From contig JAKQSI010000090.1 of assembly GCA_029570205.1 (NCBI GenBank), positions 37,674 through 101,673 of the forward strand: DNA of 64,000 nucleotides. Reading direction: 5' to 3'. The DNA is from Candidatus Omnitrophota bacterium (GTDB lineage Bacteria > Hinthialibacterota > Hinthialibacteria > Hinthialibacterales > JAKPRU01). Shown one piece after another: positions 48,632 to 58,500 of the stretch (positions are counted from its first letter, which is position 1; each line of letters starts with the position of its first letter). Below the pieces are notes generated by a model. That model was given only the letters and a program-made list of their open reading frames with translations. It did not search any database and was not told the DNA's origin. A program made the position numbers and the translations under genes.

Positions 48632-49356
48632 CGTTTCTCCGCCCGTCCTATCTCCTGGGGTGTGGCCCCCAGGGTTTTGAGGATTTCACGGGCCATCAGC
48701 CGATATCCTTTGGGATTCATGTGAACCCCATCCGTGGTGAGGACATTTTCTGTGGTTCGTTTCTGTCGGTATTGTTTGAGGAACGCATCGAAAAGATCGC
48801 AAAGAAGCAGTTTCTTTTCTTTGGCCAGGTCGCGAAGAAAAGCATTATATTCCGCCAGTTTGATGTTCTCCGCCCCGTCGGGATTCTCGAAAATCGGAGT
48901 CGCCGTGAGAAGCAGAATCTCGATCCCGGCCGCCCGGCAGCGCTCGACTATCTCCGTCATGTTCTTTTGATAGTCTTCCAGCGGAATACCCTGCGGCGGC
49001 GTGTGATTGAAATGCCACACATCGTTCACGCCACATGAGATGCTCACCCAATCCGGCTTCTTGTCGATTACATCGGTTTGCAGTCGGGCCAACATGTCAT
49101 TCGACTTATGTCCGCTGATGCCCGCGTTCAGAGATTCCACTTCGTACCCGTTCACCTCGCAGAACAGCCGGAACAGAGTGATATATCCTTCTGCAGTCGT
49201 TCCCGCCTCGGTGATACTGTCGCCCAGAAAAACAATCCGATCCCCGTCTCGAAGGATGAAGGATTTCGGCGGATCGGCAGCGCTCCCATCGGGACTACCG
49301 ATTGGAATCGCCGTACATCCGAGTACGAGATGAAGAAGGATTCTCTTCGATGTCAT
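48607..49356 (-). CDS. SGNH/GDSL hydrolase
   Basis: FLGDSIT, NAGISG, GVND, DGVH blocks. Confidence 0.92.
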   Translation of the reverse strand: MTSKRILLHLVLGCTAIPIGSPDGSAADPPKSFILRDGDRIVFLGDSITEAGTTAEGYITLFRLFCEVNGYEVESLNAGISGHKSNDMLARLQTDVIDKKPDWVSISCGVNDVWHFNHTPPQGIPLEDYQKNMTEIVERCRAAGIEILLLTATPIFENPDGAENIKLAEYNAFLRDLAKEKKLLLCDLFDAFLKQYRQKRTTENVLTTDGVHMNPKGYRLMAREILKTLGATPQEIGRAEKRWELQNNL

Positions 49357-49477
49357 TTCTCTGTCCTTTCACACAAATGTTTGGGCAACCACGGGGGGCT
49401 GCCCAAACGAATCCTATCGCCGGTAGGGGCAGACCCCCGTGCCTGCCCGATTGCGTTCGCGCCTGCCCGATTATGAT

Positions 49478-50635
49478 CTACTTCTCCTTCAATGACAGAA
49501 TCCACGGCACAATCACGTCCGTCTCCGCTTCTGTGAGAGCGAAACTCCCCATGGCTCCTATCGGATTTTCGCGTATCCCTAACTGTTTCGCATTGTCCGT
49601 CGATGGATTCAGCAGCCAGACACGCAGGGTTTCACGGCTCCGTTTCGCCGCGTCTTCCAACGGTCCCCCCACACCACCACCTGCCGCTCCCCGGTCGCCG
49701 ACAGAATGACAGGCCAGGCAGGTCTTCGCCGTCAGAATGCTCTCCACTCCTTCCATCGACACATTCTCCGAAACCGGTTGGCGGAATCCGTAGATACTTG
49801 AGAGAGCCTCCAGGAGCGCATTCACCTGTCCCGGAGTCAGGTGGACTCCCGCCATGTCACCCGTCGGATTCTCCCGGATATTGAACTGCTTCGCATTCTG
49901 CTCGGTCGGTTCCAGCAGGAATTCCCGCAACTCGTCCTCTGTGCGGCTCGCTACGGCTTCCAACCCTCCGCCGGGATTCGGCTGCCCCTCGCCGTTCATC
50001 GAATGACAGACCAGGCACCCCATCATCGACACACGCTGTTCCGTCGGCATGGATCCCAAGTCCAGGAAAACCTGTGCCTGCCTGTGCGCCGAGAATGTCA
50101 CGAGGGACAGCAATGGAAATACGCCCGCAAGGATGAAAAGCGGTGTCGAAAACGGTCGAAGACAATCTTTCAATTTCCGAAACACAACTACACAAATCCC
50201 CGCTCCACCGACCAATACCATGAACCAGACCAATTTATCGAACCAGCCGGGAAACGGTACATAATGCGGGGTCGGGTGGAGAAGAAGGATAATCCAGGAG
50301 AGAGCCAGAAAAATCGCGCCTGCGCGAAGCGAGGCAAAACGGTCCTCCAGCGAAAGCGCCCCCACCGCAAGGCCGCTGCCGACAATCAGTCCCAACGATC
50401 CGATCGCAAACATCTCGGCGGCGTCCCCTGCCATCAGCCTGGCCCAGTAAATCGTCTCGTTCTGTCGAACATGGAGCAGTACAAACCAGCAGCAGGCCAG
50501 CGTCAACGGCCCCATGATCGAAGCGATCAGCGCGCCGATCTCTTTCCAGAGAGGCTTTTTCGCAAGTCCGCCCGCAAGAATAACCAGCCCGCCCAAAGCA
50601 AACAAAACCAGCCCGGTCTCTATAAGCCAAATCAT
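49478..50635 (-). CDS. Membrane protein (about 6 TM) with two c-type heme domains
   Basis: CLVCH and CLACH, each followed by IRENP.G.M. Confidence 0.85.
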   Translation of the reverse strand: MIWLIETGLVLFALGGLVILAGGLAKKPLWKEIGALIASIMGPLTLACCWFVLLHVRQNETIYWARLMAGDAAEMFAIGSLGLIVGSGLAVGALSLEDRFASLRAGAIFLALSWIILLLHPTPHYVPFPGWFDKLVWFMVLVGGAGICVVVFRKLKDCLRPFSTPLFILAGVFPLLSLVTFSAHRQAQVFLDLGSMPTEQRVSMMGCLVCHSMNGEGQPNPGGGLEAVASRTEDELREFLLEPTEQNAKQFNIRENPTGDMAGVHLTPGQVNALLEALSSIYGFRQPVSENVSMEGVESILTAKTCLACHSVGDRGAAGGGVGGPLEDAAKRSRETLRVWLLNPSTDNAKQLGIRENPIGAMGSFALTEAETDVIVPWILSLKEK

Positions 50636-50686
50636 AAGGATATTCCTCCTGGAGATTTCCGGCGGGTCACAAGCCCGCCTCCGTGG

Positions 50687-51727
50687 TCAGGGTAGTTTCG
50701 GTTCTTTCACAACCGGATATTCGCCGGAAAGCGCTTTCATAAACTCCACAAGTTGATCGATCTCATCCGGTGTCAATTTCGGCATGGCACGGAAAATCGG
50801 AAACAGGTTGGGATTATCCCGCCCGCCGGCGGCCATGAACCGAACCGCCTCGTCCAGGTTTTTGACACTGCCGTCGTGGAAATACGGCGCAGTGTTGGCG
50901 ATTTCCCGAAGCGCCGGGGCACGAAATGCTCCCTTGTCCGACTCAAGACCGGTCACCTTCATCCGTCCCAAATCCGGCTCTTTCTTGTCCATGCCCACAC
51001 CGGCATTGTAAAAACTCGCCCCGGTAAACAGCGGAGGCGTATGGCAGGTGATGCACAGCGCTTTCCCCTTGAACAGTTCGTATCCGGCTTTCGCCTTCGG
51101 GCTGAGCGCATTACTGTCACCATTTACGAATTTGTCATAAGGAGAGTTCCCGGACAGGATGGTTCGCTCGAACGCCGCAATGGCCTTTGTAATGGTGTCT
51201 TTGCTCGCGGGCGCTCCGAAAACCTGCTGAAATCGCTTCTGATACTCCGGAATGGTATTCAGATCGGCAGCGACATCGGCCATCTTCGCTCCCATTTCAA
51301 TGGGATTCTCCACCGGGCCGCCTGCCTGGTGCTCCAGATCGGGTTCACGCCCGTCCCAGAACATCGTGCTCATGTACGCGGTGTTGATTACAGTCGGCGC
51401 ATTCCGGTTTCCTTTTTTGCCGTCGATCCCTTCGGAAACCGGCTTTGGTTCGGCATAAGCGTAGTCCGGGATATGACAAGTTGCGCAGGAAATGTCCTTT
51501 TTCTTGCTGAGGCGCTTGTCGAAATAAAGCATCCTGCCCAGTTCGACCTTCTCAACCGTCATCGGATTGTCCGCGGGAATCGGCGCCGGACGAAGCCCCA
51601 GCGGAACCTGAATCTCGTAGGGAGTCTGAGCCGACACCGTTGAAGTACCGATACAGATAGCGAACAACGCTCCTGCCGCAAGGACAACAACCATTGTCAA
51701 CGGAGAAACGCTGAATTTCCGATCCAT
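50687..51727 (-). CDS. Di-heme cytochrome c peroxidase (CCP/MauG family)
   Basis: LGRMLYFDKRLS, CATCH, RNAPT, FWDGR, CITCH, TAPYFHDG. Confidence 0.93.
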   Translation of the reverse strand: MDRKFSVSPLTMVVVLAAGALFAICIGTSTVSAQTPYEIQVPLGLRPAPIPADNPMTVEKVELGRMLYFDKRLSKKKDISCATCHIPDYAYAEPKPVSEGIDGKKGNRNAPTVINTAYMSTMFWDGREPDLEHQAGGPVENPIEMGAKMADVAADLNTIPEYQKRFQQVFGAPASKDTITKAIAAFERTILSGNSPYDKFVNGDSNALSPKAKAGYELFKGKALCITCHTPPLFTGASFYNAGVGMDKKEPDLGRMKVTGLESDKGAFRAPALREIANTAPYFHDGSVKNLDEAVRFMAAGGRDNPNLFPIFRAMPKLTPDEIDQLVEFMKALSGEYPVVKEPKLP

Positions 51728-52003
51728 TTTGTTGCACCTCCACGGGAGATTCAAAAAGATGACCGATTCTATCGAATTCTCCCGGGAAAGTCACTATCCG
51801 TCGTCTGCCGAAATCGCCGGATTCATCGTCCCCCATAAACACCATGGATACCCTTCTGCCTCCTATTCTGATTCAATAATGTTCTGTAATCGGATTGTTC
51901 TACAGAAACTCCAGGCCGTCGCATTTCGAAAAGTTCCCTCTTCTCCCTCTCCCTTTGAGATAGGATTGGGGTGAGGGTTCTTGCAGCACAACAGAGTTTT
52001 CTC

Positions 52004-52939
52004 ATGTCAGGAGATCCTGCCATTTCTCATTTCACGGAACGAGCGGGCGATCCCCATACCGATGTGGTCCTTCGCGTTACCTGGATCGGCCTGGCGATCA
52101 ACACGGTCCTGTTCGCATTCAAATTATTCGCGGGGATCATCGGCCGCAGCCAGGTGGTGGTGGCGGACGCCATTCACAGTCTATCGGACAGCAGCACAGA
52201 TGTGGCGATTGTGATCGGCGTTCGCTATTGGTCACAGCCTCCCGATGAGAATCATCCGCACGGTCATCGGCGAATCGAGACCGTCATCACGGCGTTCATT
52301 GCGCTCGCGTTGGGCGCTGTCGGAGTTGGATTGATCTATAACGGCTTGGTAACCCTGCATGAGCGGCACGAAGAACCTCCCGGCTGGATCGCGTTCATCG
52401 CGGCAGTCATCTCAATTGTTACAAAGGAAATCCTGTATCGCTGGACCATCTCGGTGGGGCGTCGCATCCGATCCCAGGCGATGATCGCGAACGCCTGGCA
52501 TCATCGTTCGGATGCCTTCAGCTCCATTCCTGCCGCCCTGGCTGTGGCCGGCGCGGCCATCCATCCCTCCTGGTCCTTTCTGGATCATGTAGGCGCCGTG
52601 GTGGTCTCGCTGTTTATTCTTCAGGCCGCCTGGAAATTAGGCTGGCCTGCATTGCAGCAGCTGATCGATTCGGGAGCCTCCCGGGTGGATTGCGAACAAA
52701 TTCGCGCCATCGCTCTCGCCACAGAAAACGTTATTGCCGTCCACGCTATTCGGACTCGCCATATCGGTTCCGGCCTTCAGGTTGATCTTCACGTCCTCGT
52801 GGATGGCGCGATGACTGTCCGCGAAGGACATAATATCTCCCGCGAGGTGAAACGTCGCCTGCTGGAAATGGGACCGGATATCGCGGATGTTGTGGTTCAC
52901 CTGGAACCTTACGAGGAATCCCAGAAAGATCGCCGGTGA
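52004..52939 (+). CDS. Cation diffusion facilitator family transporter (FieF-like)
   Basis: ADAIHSLSD, HPHGHRRIE, NAWHHRSD, VHLEP. Confidence 0.93.
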   Translation: MSGDPAISHFTERAGDPHTDVVLRVTWIGLAINTVLFAFKLFAGIIGRSQVVVADAIHSLSDSSTDVAIVIGVRYWSQPPDENHPHGHRRIETVITAFIALALGAVGVGLIYNGLVTLHERHEEPPGWIAFIAAVISIVTKEILYRWTISVGRRIRSQAMIANAWHHRSDAFSSIPAALAVAGAAIHPSWSFLDHVGAVVVSLFILQAAWKLGWPALQQLIDSGASRVDCEQIRAIALATENVIAVHAIRTRHIGSGLQVDLHVLVDGAMTVREGHNISREVKRRLLEMGPDIADVVVHLEPYEESQKDRR

Positions 52940-53002
52940 TTCTTGCCTTAACACGGATGCGGCAAGGCGCTATGTTTCTCACAAGGCAATGTTGTTCAGT
53001 CA

Positions 53003-53065
53003 GGGAGGGCGAGGCTCCTGCCGAGCCGCGAATGACAGGAAAATCGGCTTGGCAGGAGCCTTGCT
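53003..53065. repeat. Inverted pair of REP-like units (family E)
   Basis: GGGAGGGCGAGGCTCCTGCCGAGCCG ... CGGCTTGGCAGGAGCCTTGCT. Confidence 0.7.
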
Positions 53066-53148
53066 TTGCCGAACTGCATGACATGGCCTGAACGGGATGT
53101 CGTGCCTAGCACAGCCCGAAAAATCACCCTATGGAAAGAGGTTGTCTT

Positions 53149-53925
53149 ATGTCCGTTATCGGTATCATTCCGTCCCGCTATGGTTCCACCCGTCTTCCCG
53201 GCAAGCCCCTGGCCCTGATTGCAGGTAAAAGCCTGGTCCGGCGTGTCTATGAACAGGCCCGGAAATGCAAAACACTGGACATGGTTTGCGTGGCCACTGA
53301 TGACCAGCGAATCGTGGATGAGGTAAAACGGATCGGGGGCCACGCGGTCATGACCTCGCCCAACCACCCCTCCGGAACCGATCGGATCGCCGAGACTGTC
53401 ACTATTCTCGAAAAAGACGGTATTACTCCCCCGGAAATTGTGGTGAATATCCAGGGTGATATGCCCTTTGTCGATCCCCGTATGATCGATGAACTGGTCG
53501 AACCCATGCTGGCGGATCCTTCCATCCCGATGGGAACCTCGGTGTACCGCATCATGTGCGAGGAGGACTATCACAACCCCGCCGTCGTAAAAACCGTAAT
53601 GGATCTCAATGGGTTCGCCATGTACTTCTCACGGTCCTTAATTCCTTATCCGCGCATGAAAACCGGCATCCCGGTTTATGACCACCTGGGTATCTACGTT
53701 TACCGGCGAGACTTTCTTTTCACACTTGCCCAATTGAGTCCCACACCATTAGAGAAAGAAGAATCGCTCGAACAGCTTCGTGTTCTGGAACACGGGTACA
53801 AGATCCGGGTAGTGAAAACAGCCTGTGCGGATGCCACTTTCCTTGGTTTCGCTATCGACACTCCCGAGGACATCAAACGCGCGGAGGAGATGCTGCAAGA
53901 ACGCGGGATCAAGGACCCGGAATAG
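53149..53925 (+). CDS. kdsB: 3-deoxy-manno-octulosonate cytidylyltransferase
   Basis: IPSRYGSTRLPGKPL, SGTDR, NIQGD, YFSRS, HLGIY, LEQLRVLE. Confidence 0.95.
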   Translation: MSVIGIIPSRYGSTRLPGKPLALIAGKSLVRRVYEQARKCKTLDMVCVATDDQRIVDEVKRIGGHAVMTSPNHPSGTDRIAETVTILEKDGITPPEIVVNIQGDMPFVDPRMIDELVEPMLADPSIPMGTSVYRIMCEEDYHNPAVVKTVMDLNGFAMYFSRSLIPYPRMKTGIPVYDHLGIYVYRRDFLFTLAQLSPTPLEKEESLEQLRVLEHGYKIRVVKTACADATFLGFAIDTPEDIKRAEEMLQERGIKDPE

Positions 53926-53960
53926 AAACCGGCGGGGCTGACCGCCAGACGTGGGTATAG

Positions 53961-54073
53961 CCCTCTCTCACCGCAACCCTCTTCCGGCGGGAGAGAGAGA
54001 AAAGATTTCGTCGAATGCAGGGGCAATTCACGAATTGCCCCTGCATTCATTCCGGTAAAGGCCGGAATCCAGG
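53961..54073. repeat. Composite REP cluster (families A, C and B in tandem)
   Basis: A-like 53961-54000; perfect 17-bp inverted repeat 54013-54048; B 54047-54073. Confidence 0.75.
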
Positions 54074-54105
54074 CTATTGTGTCGTCGTGCGGCAAAATCC
54101 CAACG

Positions 54106-54531
54106 TCACTTGTACGATTCCCAGTCGGAAACCGCCGATGGTTCCTGGTAGGGGCCTGTCTCGATGGGAGCATTCGGCAGCGCGGCGAATGAGGAATACT
54201 TGCCCATATTGGCGACGCGGGCAAATCCCTTCGATTCCAGAAAACTCGCGGCGCTTGCAGAGCGTGACCCGAATGCACAGTAGACAATAATCAACTTGTC
54301 TGCCGGCAGCTCATTCCATCGTTCCTGAAGCACGCCGCCGAACCACGGCATGAGAATGCTTCCCGCGACATGCCCGCTTTCGTACTCGGCAGGTTCACGC
54401 ACATCCAGAAAGATGGCATCCGGCGAGTTGACATACGCCAGCGCCTCCTGGGCTGTGATCGACTGGACGACGGATACTACAGCGTTCGACAAGAGATACG
54501 ATAAACAGGTGAGTATAAACTTCCGAACCAT
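54106..54531 (-). CDS. Secreted rhodanese-like domain protein
   Basis: Signal-like N-terminus; LDVREPAEY..GHVAG; YCAFGSRS; ends PSAVSDWESYK. Confidence 0.88.
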   Translation of the reverse strand: MVRKFILTCLSYLLSNAVVSVVQSITAQEALAYVNSPDAIFLDVREPAEYESGHVAGSILMPWFGGVLQERWNELPADKLIIVYCAFGSRSASAASFLESKGFARVANMGKYSSFAALPNAPIETGPYQEPSAVSDWESYK

Positions 54532-54711
54532 GGTTCGGCCCTTTCCATTCCATTCGAATGGCGGGTCTCCCCGCGCTCTTAAAAAATATAACATATCGTG
54601 TGAAATCCCTGGAGTGCGGGAGCGCAGCTCCCGCCTATCCGTCTCTTGGAAATACCGTCCCCGATGGAGTACATTCCAGATCCTATATCTTCACATCGGA
54701 GGGATCGAACC

Positions 54712-56427
54712 ATGAACCGTCGATCGTTTCTTACAAGCGCCGCTGTTGGAGTCCCCTCTGTGATGACTGTTACTGCCTCATCTGCGCAAAATGTTACTGC
54801 TGAAGTCCGCAAGTCTTCTGAAATAGCCGCCGACCTGGTTGTGGTCGGCGGAGGCTTGGGCGGCTGCGCGGCAGCGCTGGCTGGTTTACGGAACAACCTC
54901 CGTGTGGTTCTCACCGAGGAGACCGATTGGCTCGGCGGACAGATGACCCAACAGGCTGTCCCGCCGGATGAACATCCGTGGATCGAATCATTTGGGGCGA
55001 CACGTCTGTATCGGGAATTGCGCACACGAATTCGCGAGTATTACCGACGTAATTATCCGCTCACTCCCGCTGCCCGAAGCGCGCCGTTTCTTAATCCGGG
55101 AAATGGCGGGGTGTCGAAACTGTGCCATGAGCCGCGTGTCTGTCTCGCCGTGCTGGATGAACTCCTCGCCCCCTATCTGAGCGGACAGCGGCTGATATTG
55201 CTCATGCAGCACAAGGCCGTTGCCGCCGAAACAGACCGGGACACGGTATCCTCTGTTACCGTGGAAAGCCACGTGACCGGCAACCGGGCGGCGCTGCGTG
55301 CGCCGTATTTTATCGATGCGACCGAGCTGGGCGATCTGCTTCCGCTCACGAAAACCGAGTATGTCACCGGCTTTGAATCGAAAAAAGAAACCGGCGAACT
55401 TCATGCGCCCGACACTGCTCAGCCGCGGAATATCCAATCCTGCACCTGGTGTTTTGCGATGGACTACCTCGAAGGTGAGAACCATGTGATCGACAAACCC
55501 GAAATGTACGATTTCTGGCGCGATTTCGTTCCGGCGCTTACCCCGCCCTGGCCCGGAAAACAACTCAGCTGGACTTACACGCATCCTGTCACTTTGGAGC
55601 CATATACACGTTATTGTGATCCCGTTCTGGAAAGCGCGGGAACGCAGCGGGGATTGTGGCATTATCGGCGGATTGCGCACCGCGAGAATTTCGCACCCGG
55701 TACCTATCTCAGCGACATCACCCTCGTGAACTGGCCTCTCAACGACTATGTTTGCGGCAATCTGTTCGATGTTCCCGCCAAACAGATCGAGAAAAGTTTC
55801 CGGGAAGCGAAACAACTGAGCCTGTCGCTGTTTTATTGGATGCAGACCGAAGCGCCGCGACAGGATGGGGGAACCGGCTGGCCGGGACTTCGTCTTCGCG
55901 GCGATCTTACCGGAACCGAGGATGGCCTTGCGAAATACCCATACATTCGAGAATCCCGTCGAATCAAGGCCGAGTTTACCGTCCTGGAACAGCACGTCGG
56001 AACCGACATGCGTATGCAGCTGACCGGAAAGAGCAAAGAAGAGGTAACCGCCGAGGCATTCCCCGATTCGGTCGGAGTCGGCAGTTACCGGATCGACCTG
56101 CACCCCAGCGCCGGCGGCGACAATTATATCGACATCAGTTCCCTGCCTTTTCAGATTCCGCTCGGCGCTCTTATTCCGCAACGGGCTGAGAATCTCCTCG
56201 CAGGCTGCAAGAACCTGGGGGTAACCCATATCACAAACGGTTGTTATCGCTTGCACCCGGTGGAATGGAACATCGGTGAATCCGCCGGTGCGCTGGCGGC
56301 CTTCTGCCTGGAAAAAAAGGAAAAGCCTCGCGCTGTAAGAAATACTCCAAAATTGCTGGAGGAGTTCCAGAAAGCCATTCAAAGTCAGGGTATCGAGATT
56401 CAATGGCCAAAGGTGACGCCCAGATGA
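54712..56427 (+). CDS. Tat-exported FAD-dependent oxidoreductase
   Basis: MNRRSFL; GGGLGG; DATELGD; YIRESRRI; THITNGCYRLHP. Confidence 0.9.
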   Translation: MNRRSFLTSAAVGVPSVMTVTASSAQNVTAEVRKSSEIAADLVVVGGGLGGCAAALAGLRNNLRVVLTEETDWLGGQMTQQAVPPDEHPWIESFGATRLYRELRTRIREYYRRNYPLTPAARSAPFLNPGNGGVSKLCHEPRVCLAVLDELLAPYLSGQRLILLMQHKAVAAETDRDTVSSVTVESHVTGNRAALRAPYFIDATELGDLLPLTKTEYVTGFESKKETGELHAPDTAQPRNIQSCTWCFAMDYLEGENHVIDKPEMYDFWRDFVPALTPPWPGKQLSWTYTHPVTLEPYTRYCDPVLESAGTQRGLWHYRRIAHRENFAPGTYLSDITLVNWPLNDYVCGNLFDVPAKQIEKSFREAKQLSLSLFYWMQTEAPRQDGGTGWPGLRLRGDLTGTEDGLAKYPYIRESRRIKAEFTVLEQHVGTDMRMQLTGKSKEEVTAEAFPDSVGVGSYRIDLHPSAGGDNYIDISSLPFQIPLGALIPQRAENLLAGCKNLGVTHITNGCYRLHPVEWNIGESAGALAAFCLEKKEKPRAVRNTPKLLEEFQKAIQSQGIEIQWPKVTPR

Positions 56428-56637
56428 TTGGGGATTGCGGATTGTGAACGGTGGGGCAGGCCTCTGCGCCTGCCTGGTCACGCATCCTGTGGGATCTTGT
56501 CCCCTCTCCCTCCGGGAGAGGGTCAGGGTGAGGGGCTTCCGGGTAGCTGATAACTGTTCCATTTGTGCTATCGCCGCGCCCTGTCCTCTCCGTCCATTCT
56601 TCTTCTCTTCAATCCGCAATCCACAACCCGCAATTCC
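56425..56637. repeat. Nested repeat: inverted AATCCGC-type heptamer arrays enclosing family D and A REPs
   Basis: GATTGGGGATTGCGGATTGTGAA ... TTCAATCCGCAATCCACAACCCGCAATT. Confidence 0.6.
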
Positions 56638-56648
56638 ATGATCCACTG

Positions 56649-56677
56649 TTGACAAAGGCCCCCGCGCTCTCGACAAT
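56649..56677 (+). promoter_or_regulatory. Sigma70-like promoter
   Basis: TTGACA-N17-GACAAT upstream of the symporter. Confidence 0.5.
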
Positions 56678-56722
56678 CCTCGAACCGAGTCGCCCCATTC
56701 TGATGAAAAGAGAGCTTGGCCT

Positions 56723-58195
56723 ATGAACTTCGGACCGCTGGACTGGATTATTGTGATTATTTATCTCATCGCCACGGTGGCCGCGGGGCTGTGGATGCGG
56801 CGTTACCTGGGGAATGTCGGGGATTACATTGTTGCGGGGCGGGCGATGGATACCTACCTGGGTGTCGCCTCTCTTGCGGCAACGGAACTCGGCATTGTGA
56901 CGGTGATGTATACCGCCGAACTGGGATACAAGAACGGATTTGCCGGAATGGTTCCGGGGATTCTGTTCTGTCTGGCGGCGTTTTTTCTGGGAATCACCGG
57001 ATTTATTATCGAACCTTTGCGGGAAGCGGGTGTGATGACCATCCCGGAGTTGTTCCAGACCCGATACAGCCTGAAAGTGCGCTGGCTCTCCGGGGTATTT
57101 ATTGCGCTCGGCGGCATTCTCAACATGGGGATCTTCTTGAAACTCGGCGGACAGTTTCTTGTGTATTGCGTGGGGATGCCGGAGAATTATCTTGAAATTG
57201 TTATGATTTCGCTTCTGGCATTAACCCTGGTCTACACGGTCGCGGGAGGCATGTTGTCCGTATTGATTACGGATTATCTGCAATTCATTCTTCTGGGTCT
57301 CGGAATTGTGATCACCTCCGTGTTCGTGCTTCATGCGAACGGCTGGACCGCGTTAGCCGACGCGGTGAGGAAGTACCATGGTGATGCCGGATTCACTCCG
57401 CTTCTGGGCGAGGGGCAAGGCGGTGGATGGCTGTTCTGGCAGGCCTTGACCGCATTCGGCGCGATCAGCACCTGGCAAACCAACATTGCGCGCGTTCTGG
57501 CCGCCAAAGATGCCAAGACGGGAAGGAAGATCTATACCACGGTGGCATTCTATTACGTGGGCCGATTCGGTCTGCCGGGCTTGTGGGCCATCGGCGCCCT
57601 GGCTGTCCTCGGTGACAAGTATTTGCAGCCGGGGATGGATTCGCTCGCGGCAATGCCGATCTACATCGGAACGATTTTACCGACGGGGATTCTGGGGCTG
57701 GTTGTTGCCGGAATGCTGGCCGCGGAAATGTCCACCGATAGCGCCTATCTGCTGACTTGGGCCTCCGTAATCTATAACGACATCACTCGCCCGATGATTA
57801 AACGACCGCTTCGGCCCACCACGGAAATCTGGATCACCCGTTCCCTTGTGATTGCCATCGGCGCGTTCCTGGTCTTCTTCGGGCTGCTGTATCCGCTCAA
57901 AGGAGCCGCTTGGGATTACCTGGCAATTACCGGAAATATCTACCTGGCCAGTATTCTCACGCTGCTGGTATCTGCATTATATTTCCCGAAAGCGAGTACC
58001 GGCGGCGCGTTTACAGCCCTTGTGTGCGGCGCAGCCGGACCGATTACCTTCCTGGCGCTTGGCCTGATCTTCAAAGATTTCACTTTACCCCCGTGGGTTC
58101 CCGGGATCGGCGCGTTTGCGCTGGCTGCATTGGGAATGATCGTCGGTTCTATCCTCTGGCCGAATCGAACCGTCGCGAAAGGAGAGGCCGCCTGA
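56723..58195 (+). CDS. Sodium:solute symporter family protein
   Basis: LDWII, DYIVAGR, TIPELF..RY, GGMLSVLITD..Q, AAEMST.S; about 13 TM. Confidence 0.92.
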   Translation: MNFGPLDWIIVIIYLIATVAAGLWMRRYLGNVGDYIVAGRAMDTYLGVASLAATELGIVTVMYTAELGYKNGFAGMVPGILFCLAAFFLGITGFIIEPLREAGVMTIPELFQTRYSLKVRWLSGVFIALGGILNMGIFLKLGGQFLVYCVGMPENYLEIVMISLLALTLVYTVAGGMLSVLITDYLQFILLGLGIVITSVFVLHANGWTALADAVRKYHGDAGFTPLLGEGQGGGWLFWQALTAFGAISTWQTNIARVLAAKDAKTGRKIYTTVAFYYVGRFGLPGLWAIGALAVLGDKYLQPGMDSLAAMPIYIGTILPTGILGLVVAGMLAAEMSTDSAYLLTWASVIYNDITRPMIKRPLRPTTEIWITRSLVIAIGAFLVFFGLLYPLKGAAWDYLAITGNIYLASILTLLVSALYFPKASTGGAFTALVCGAAGPITFLALGLIFKDFTLPPWVPGIGAFALAALGMIVGSILWPNRTVAKGEAA

Positions 58196-58338
58196 TGATA
58201 CTCGAATGGTTCTGGAGAATTATCCTGTATGCTTCCATTGCCTGGTACGCCCTTCTGGTCTTCTATGTCGGTTTCCGGGGACTGCAGGATATCCGTGAAA
58301 TGGTACAGATCCTCCAAGAGCGTAAAGAACAGGAATAG
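58195..58338 (+). CDS. 47-aa single-TM protein coupled to the symporter
   Basis: TGATG overlap; MILEWFWRIILYASIAWYALLVFYVGFRGLQDIREMVQILQERKEQE. Confidence 0.7.
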   Translation: MILEWFWRIILYASIAWYALLVFYVGFRGLQDIREMVQILQERKEQE

Positions 58339-58500
58339 GCCGCGGCATTGTTCACCCGCGCCCGACTGCTATATTGAAAAAAGCAATCCCGGCGTCTCTG
58401 GAATAACTCATGGTTCTCTATCGGATGCACTCTTGGCCCGCCGAGAGTGCATCATTCGTACTACTTGACCGTGTTTCAAAACCATTCAGAAGGAGCAATT

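Noticed and set aside
54988..56676. Long antisense ORFs (also 59347-61338, 28896-30302, 12065-13333, 44793-45854)
   Set aside because: They lie opposite well-supported genes, lack motifs, and are expected in GC-rich DNA
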